A stretch of 64,000 bases of DNA from Terriglobia bacterium. Its GTDB lineage: Bacteria; Acidobacteriota; Terriglobia; 20CM-2-55-15. Below, in pieces: positions 60,301 to 64,000 of the stretch. The stretch spans positions 1,234,070 through 1,298,069 of the forward strand of contig CBDAOY010000008.1 of assembly GCA_965198225.1 (NCBI GenBank). The letters are read 5' to 3'. Numbering within the stretch: position 1 is the first letter of the stretch; every line of letters begins with the position of its first letter. Made by a program: the position numbers and the translations under genes. The notes under the pieces are model-generated. The model made no database searches. It was not told the DNA's origin and worked only from the letters and a program-made list of their open reading frames with translations.

Positions 60301-60534
60301 CGAATAGGTCCCTGGTTGCAGCTGGAGAACATTGTACCGACCGATTTCGTTGGTAATGATGGTTCGCGTCAGTCCGGTCGCGTCGTTGGTGACGGTCACC
60401 TCCACGCCAGGCAACACGGCTCCTGTAGTGTCGGTGACGCTGCCATCGATCGACCCCGTAACTCGCTGCCCAAAAGCCGCGGAAGACAGCATAAAGGTTG
60501 CCAATACGATAAAGATGGTTGTTCGAGATCTCAC
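57322..60534 (-). CDS. TonB-dependent receptor (Oar-like, carboxypeptidase regulatory N-domain)
   Basis: G.VTD.TGAVLPG, LPLNGRNF, TKSGSN..HG, YFQDDFRV..LTLNLGVRYE, FG..GRN, C-terminal LRINF. Confidence 0.93.
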   Translation of the reverse strand: MRSRTTIFIVLATFMLSSAAFGQRVTGSIDGSVTDTTGAVLPGVEVTVTNDATGLTRTIITNEIGRYNVLQLQPGTYSVQALLPGFRTELRRGVRVEVDRTARVEIQLEVGVVTETVEVTADAPLVQSDNAALGQVIDSQRVAQLPLNGRNFLDLASLTPGVVPHSEGSNFATRGGTINVNGAREQVNNFMLDGIDNNDAGPASIIISPSPDSIQEFKVQTSTTSAEYGRAVGGLVNVSTKSGSNAFHGTVYEYLRNSAMDARNFFDPADRDKPSFKRNQFGATLGGPIARNKTFFFVSYEGTIVRRPDFKRARVPPTALRNGDFSSLGTPIIDPLTGEPFPGNIIPQDRIHPIGKGMLDLYPQPNAPGQTNNLISLSTFTQDQDNIATRFDHTFNENDSIMVRYSLSNRPKLEPYTRNGNSIAGYGVDALTLSQSVVISQTHIFTPNVVNELRVGFARLHYKQEFQAQDHPAIQALALPGTRVFDDPDLKKEWLQFPVVRVSGFTGIPRGGTQLRYDNHYDYLDNLSWTKGAHQLKMGFEARRAHNHFHSPSTANGSYTFDNRYTGNSVADLLLGFPSQTLTSSGWTNGYARSWHFSGYFQDDFRVSDRLTLNLGVRYEYQTPMYHQRDRKVYFDESTGLVNLVGEGPIDPSVVPVLEQYPGIAIKPGNIPRAGWHDDKNNFGPRFGFAYDVAGDGRTVIRGGGGVFYMTLYGGSSWRNAYRAFPFIRNNTINADPDNPNLTLDNPFPEELFRLGISTDSAHLNMRTGYMTQQNLSVSRQLDDTTVVELTYAGTKGNKLQRSNRDINAAVLGPGSIKSRRPYPNFSAIGILEDSASSTYHSMQLRFDRRLSRGFSVLGAYTYSKSIDDDSAQSRVSGAGRPQNNYNLKDQRGPSVFDRTQVLTAAFLWEIPGGRNLTGIPRALITGWQVNGIFAYSNGQPYTPELLGDNSLTGNRADRPHLIGEWKLDNPDPNRWVNEAAFQVPPRGTFGNAGRNILRGPGVNNLDFAMAKSFPLGDIPNFVEFRTEIFNIANHPQFFLPNRFANSSNFGTISTARASRQIQVSLRINF

Positions 60535-60833
60535 TCCTCCTCCTTAAAACCTGCGTTCCCGTCCCCGGAAACGCGATTGTGCAATCGTTTCATTCGACCG
60601 AGCCGATTGCATTGATCCTCATTTCAATCAAATCGCCGCCGCTCCATAGGCACTGCCTATCGATTCTCGAGGTGTTGACAGGAACTCATTCACGCTGAGA
60701 TCCAATCTTCAACCTTTGGTGGTCAATGGTGACTCCGGAAAGGGTCTCCTCCACCTCTGGCGATTTTCTTACTCTTCTGTAATATTAGTCGCCATACTTA
60801 GTTGGTAGCCTCGGGGTGTCAAGTTAATTTGCG

Positions 60834-60869
60834 TATAGAAAACTGCATAGAAAATTGTATAGAAAACTG
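60834..60869. repeat. 3 x 12-bp tandem repeat in a divergent promoter region
   Basis: TATAGAAAACTG CATAGAAAATTG TATAGAAAACTG. Confidence 0.8.
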
Positions 60870-60978
60870 CCTGTCGATTAACGGCCATTTACATAGTGCG
60901 AACTGCAATGTCTGTGAGTAACGAGCAGGTGTTGACCCTGATTCCGGATTGAACTGAAAGACAACAAGGGGAAGAAAT

Positions 60979-61941
60979 ATGAAGGCAATTCGTGTTGAGG
61001 AATTCGGGAGTCCTTCTGTCATGCGAGTCGAAGAACTGCCCGGTCCACGGCCTGGCCCGATGCAGGTCGTAGTGGATGTGAAAGCTGCCGGTGTCAATCC
61101 GGTGGATACGTATATCCGTGCCGGAACTTATGCCAGGAAACCCGAATTGCCTTACACCCCGGGTACGGACGCCGCGGGCGTGATCGAATCGGTTGGCGAA
61201 GGTGTGACGCGTTTTGCAGTTGGAGATAGAGTTTATACGGCTGGGACGCTGAGTGGATCTTATGCCGAGCGGTGCCTGTGCTCGGACCAGCAGCTATACC
61301 CGCTGCCACAACGAGTCAGTTTTGAGCAGGGCGCCGGAGTTTCATTGCCTTATGTGACCGCATACCGCGCTCTCTTTGATATTGCTCACGCGAAGCCTGC
61401 AGAGACAGTTCTGGTTCATGGTGCAAGTGGTGGGGTCGGTATTGCCGCATTGCAATTGGCCTGCTCGGCCGGAATGAGAGTTATTGGAACGGCAGGATCC
61501 GATCGGGGACGGTCGCTAATAACCGAGAACGGCGCTCACTCTGCCCTGGACCACGGGAGTCCGGGCCATATGGATGAGGTGATGACGTTGACGGACGGTC
61601 ACGGCGTCGACGTTCTCATCGAGATGCTGGCGAACGTAAATCTCGGCAAAGATCTCAAGGTTTTGGCAAGGAGAGGTCGCGTCGTTGTCATTGGTAATCG
61701 GGGTACTGCTGAAATCGACGCTCGAGACCTGATGATTCGCGACGCAGCGGTCTTCGGAATGCTTGTTTTCAACACACCAGAATCGCAGTTGGCCGCAATC
61801 CATTCCGCGCTCTTCGCTGGATTAGACAACGGAAGTCTTCAGCCGGCCGTCGGCCAGGTACTCCCCCTTTCTGACGCTCCGCACGCGCATGAGGCTGTAA
61901 TGGAAAAAGGGGCATACGGTAAGGTTGTGTTGGTTCCCTAG
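60979..61941 (+). CDS. NADPH:quinone reductase (zeta-crystallin family)
   Basis: GVNPVDTYIRAG, PYTPG.DAAG, VHGASGGVG, GKVVL. Confidence 0.92.
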   Translation: MKAIRVEEFGSPSVMRVEELPGPRPGPMQVVVDVKAAGVNPVDTYIRAGTYARKPELPYTPGTDAAGVIESVGEGVTRFAVGDRVYTAGTLSGSYAERCLCSDQQLYPLPQRVSFEQGAGVSLPYVTAYRALFDIAHAKPAETVLVHGASGGVGIAALQLACSAGMRVIGTAGSDRGRSLITENGAHSALDHGSPGHMDEVMTLTDGHGVDVLIEMLANVNLGKDLKVLARRGRVVVIGNRGTAEIDARDLMIRDAAVFGMLVFNTPESQLAAIHSALFAGLDNGSLQPAVGQVLPLSDAPHAHEAVMEKGAYGKVVLVP

Positions 61942-62726
61942 CGCTCGCAGGTCGAGGCAACGGTCTCCAGCGAGGTCAGGTTAATACGGTCGCCCTCCGG
62001 CCGGGGGATAAAGACGCCTGTGGCCTTCACCTTGTGTCCTTTGTAGGGAGCGGGGTCGAAATCGAAACGGATATTCCTGAAGCTCGGCAATCCGAATATC
62101 TGAGTTCCCAGAGGCCTGGCGTCGAGTACTCTCAATTCCTCTGCGGACGTCTCCTCCACTCTTCTTATCCGGGTCGGCTTGCTGGCCTTAGTCAACATCC
62201 AGTTGCCGCCTGAACCCTCGGTGAGGCAGCCGATCAACTGGACCAGCGTATTGCGCGGCAGCGGCCTTGGCCCGTCGCTTCCCACCAGCCGGATGTTCCC
62301 GAGTTTGTCCGGGGTCAGGTCGTCGGGCCCCTCGGGAAAGGCGTTCGCGGCCAGTATGTAGGCCAGGACCTGCAGAAACGTCTCGTCGCTCAATCGGACA
62401 TCGCTGCCGGCCGGCATGTTGGTCGTCATATAACCAAACAGAACATCCAGATTCTCTTCTCGCCAGCGATCGATGAAACCGCGGCCCATGAGTGGGGGCC
62501 CCTGGGGGTCGTCGTCGACGACCTCGTGGCACCGAATGCAATTCGTCTCGTATTGGGTTCTGCCTTTCGCGGCCTGGGCAGCCGTGTATACACCATCCAG
62601 GACCGTCTTGCCGATGTCGCCTGTCGGTATTGTCGTGGTCTGCGCCGTCTGCATGACGGAACCGACACCAGCCAGAACGAGAAGCATGATCCCGGTAATG
62701 AAGGACATCGCGAATCTTCGGGGCAT
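61938..62726 (-). CDS. Exported monoheme cytochrome c with C-terminal OB-like domain
   Basis: DGVYT..QA.KG..Y..NCIRCH, MP, LAYIL..N.FP.G; C-terminal GCL..GHKV..TG. Confidence 0.8.
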   Translation of the reverse strand: MPRRFAMSFITGIMLLVLAGVGSVMQTAQTTTIPTGDIGKTVLDGVYTAAQAAKGRTQYETNCIRCHEVVDDDPQGPPLMGRGFIDRWREENLDVLFGYMTTNMPAGSDVRLSDETFLQVLAYILAANAFPEGPDDLTPDKLGNIRLVGSDGPRPLPRNTLVQLIGCLTEGSGGNWMLTKASKPTRIRRVEETSAEELRVLDARPLGTQIFGLPSFRNIRFDFDPAPYKGHKVKATGVFIPRPEGDRINLTSLETVASTCER

Positions 62727-62856
62727 GTCACCCCATGCGTGCGATTGTGTTCGAACGATCTTCACGAATGCACTGGTCCAGGACTGCCGTTGAGGGCCGG
62801 CCTGTCGGGCGAGAACCGGCGCGTGCAGCGCGCCGCGCCTCGCAAACCAAAGAAAA

Positions 62857-62881
62857 AGGAGCCCGCCTGACGGGCTCCTTT
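62857..62881. terminator. Intrinsic terminator-like hairpin (T-tract on minus strand)
   Basis: AAGGAGCCCG-CCTGA-CGGGCTCCTT flanked by A/T runs, just after the ankyrin gene stop. Confidence 0.65.
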
Positions 62882-62897
62882 ACGGCATGGGTCGACT

Positions 62898-64000
62898 CTA
62901 CTTCTGGTTCTTGTTTGGCTCTTTATCGGGCCGGGTCGGGTTCACGCACACGGACGCCCAGCAAGTATTCGAGAATTCCGAACCCAGCTCTACCAGGAGA
63001 TCGACCGTCTCGTTAAACTGGAGAGTTTTTTCTGTCCAGCCATTCGCCATGTCCGCGACCGTATCACCTTGATCGGGTTCCGCAGACTGCTTGGAAGAAC
63101 CGTTGCTGATCTGATGCGCCCTGGCTCCGACGTCTGCGCCCTTTTCCACCAGATAGAGAATGACATCGTTGCGGCCAATGAATGCCGCCCCGTGCAATGC
63201 CGAATAACCTCTGTCGTCTCTTGAATTGACATCGGCGCCGACCTCTTCCACCAGGAACCTGGCTGTGTCCATTCGGGCGCCCGGTACGACGTTCGTGCCC
63301 TGGAAGTCGTTTTCCAAGCCCACGGCCACTTGCAGCGGCGAACATCCGTGCGTCGTCGCAATGTCAGGGTCGGCGCCCGCGGCCAGCAGGAGTTTCATCG
63401 CGGTCACGTCATTCGCCTGGGCGGCCCGCCAGAACGCAGTTGATCCCGCCGGATCCGGCCCGTTACTGTTTCCAAAGGTCCTGAACCATGGTTTGGCCCC
63501 TAGTGTTGCGTTGGGATTCGCCCCGACAGCCAGGAGTTCCTTGATCAGATCCAGATAGTCGGTCTTCTCTTGTTCAACACTGGGTGCCGGATACCACTCG
63601 CGATGCGCATATCGGGCATCGATGGTGACCCACAGCGGAAACAGTCCGTCCTTGGCACTGGCAATATCCGGATCGGCGCCATGATCGAGCAGGAATTTCG
63701 CGATATCGAAATGGCCGTTGATAATGGCCTGCGTGAGGGGAGTCATATTGTCCGATAGACTGACCTGATTGACATCGGCTCCCGCCTCAATCAACTCACG
63801 TACCGCATCCATGTGGCCTTCCCGAGTCGCGAAGTGCAGCGGAGTATTTCCACCCATCTCCGTAGTCTTCTTGCTGTCCTCTTCCTCGCCCGGAACACCA
63901 AACCGTCCGAACGGCCTGACGGCGGATACTCTCGAGGTCGCCCTGAGATCCGCACCATACGTGGCAAGAAGCTGGATCGCCGCGCCACGATTTCGGGCGG
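62898..64000 (-). CDS. Ankyrin repeat protein (partial, runs off window end)
   Basis: G.TPLHFA..GH, TPL..A..NGH, G.SALHGAA..G; frame stays open to the window edge. Confidence 0.9.
   Translation of the reverse strand, partial: ARNRGAAIQLLATYGADLRATSRVSAVRPFGRFGVPGEEEDSKKTTEMGGNTPLHFATREGHMDAVRELIEAGADVNQVSLSDNMTPLTQAIINGHFDIAKFLLDHGADPDIASAKDGLFPLWVTIDARYAHREWYPAPSVEQEKTDYLDLIKELLAVGANPNATLGAKPWFRTFGNSNGPDPAGSTAFWRAAQANDVTAMKLLLAAGADPDIATTHGCSPLQVAVGLENDFQGTNVVPGARMDTARFLVEEVGADVNSRDDRGYSALHGAAFIGRNDVILYLVEKGADVGARAHQISNGSSKQSAEPDQGDTVADMANGWTEKTLQFNETVDLLVELGSEFSNTCWASVCVNPTRPDKEPNKNQK

Noticed and set aside
60834-60869. 12-bp repeats as a mini-CRISPR or iterons
   Set aside because: No spacers and no rep gene nearby
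1-64000. tRNA, rRNA or riboswitch
   Set aside because: None recognised by eye; a covariance-model scan would be needed to exclude them

Overview
GC-rich bacterial chromosomal window, most likely from an Acidobacteriota genome. The evidence is three ADOP-type duplicated ABC permeases plus a remnant, a Gly-rich TonB, an Oar-like TonB-dependent receptor and a BlaI/M56 pair. The core-like backbone carries hutH-hutI, trkAH, pntAA-AB-B, two acyl-CoA ligases, a radical SAM enzyme and an M14 peptidase. Main points of interest: (1) an exported atypical kinase-fold protein, an Omp85/BamA-TamA barrel and a divergent exported metallophosphoesterase (1.6-5.9 kb); (2) a hidden AhpD-like selenoprotein (CHYU) with a SECIS-like hairpin; (3) an IS4 nested in an IS1182 with readable TSDs, a 267-bp MITE and several REP families; (4) a two-component islet bounded by ~160-bp direct repeats that duplicate the 3' end of an acyl-CoA synthetase gene; (5) an integrase-type island edge at ~51.1 kb, followed by IS256/IS21/group II intron debris and a TBDR-creatininase-like-CapA-soxCD cluster. 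Several genes carry frameshifts that may be sequencing or assembly errors. All calls come from reading motifs by eye; no database searches were run.
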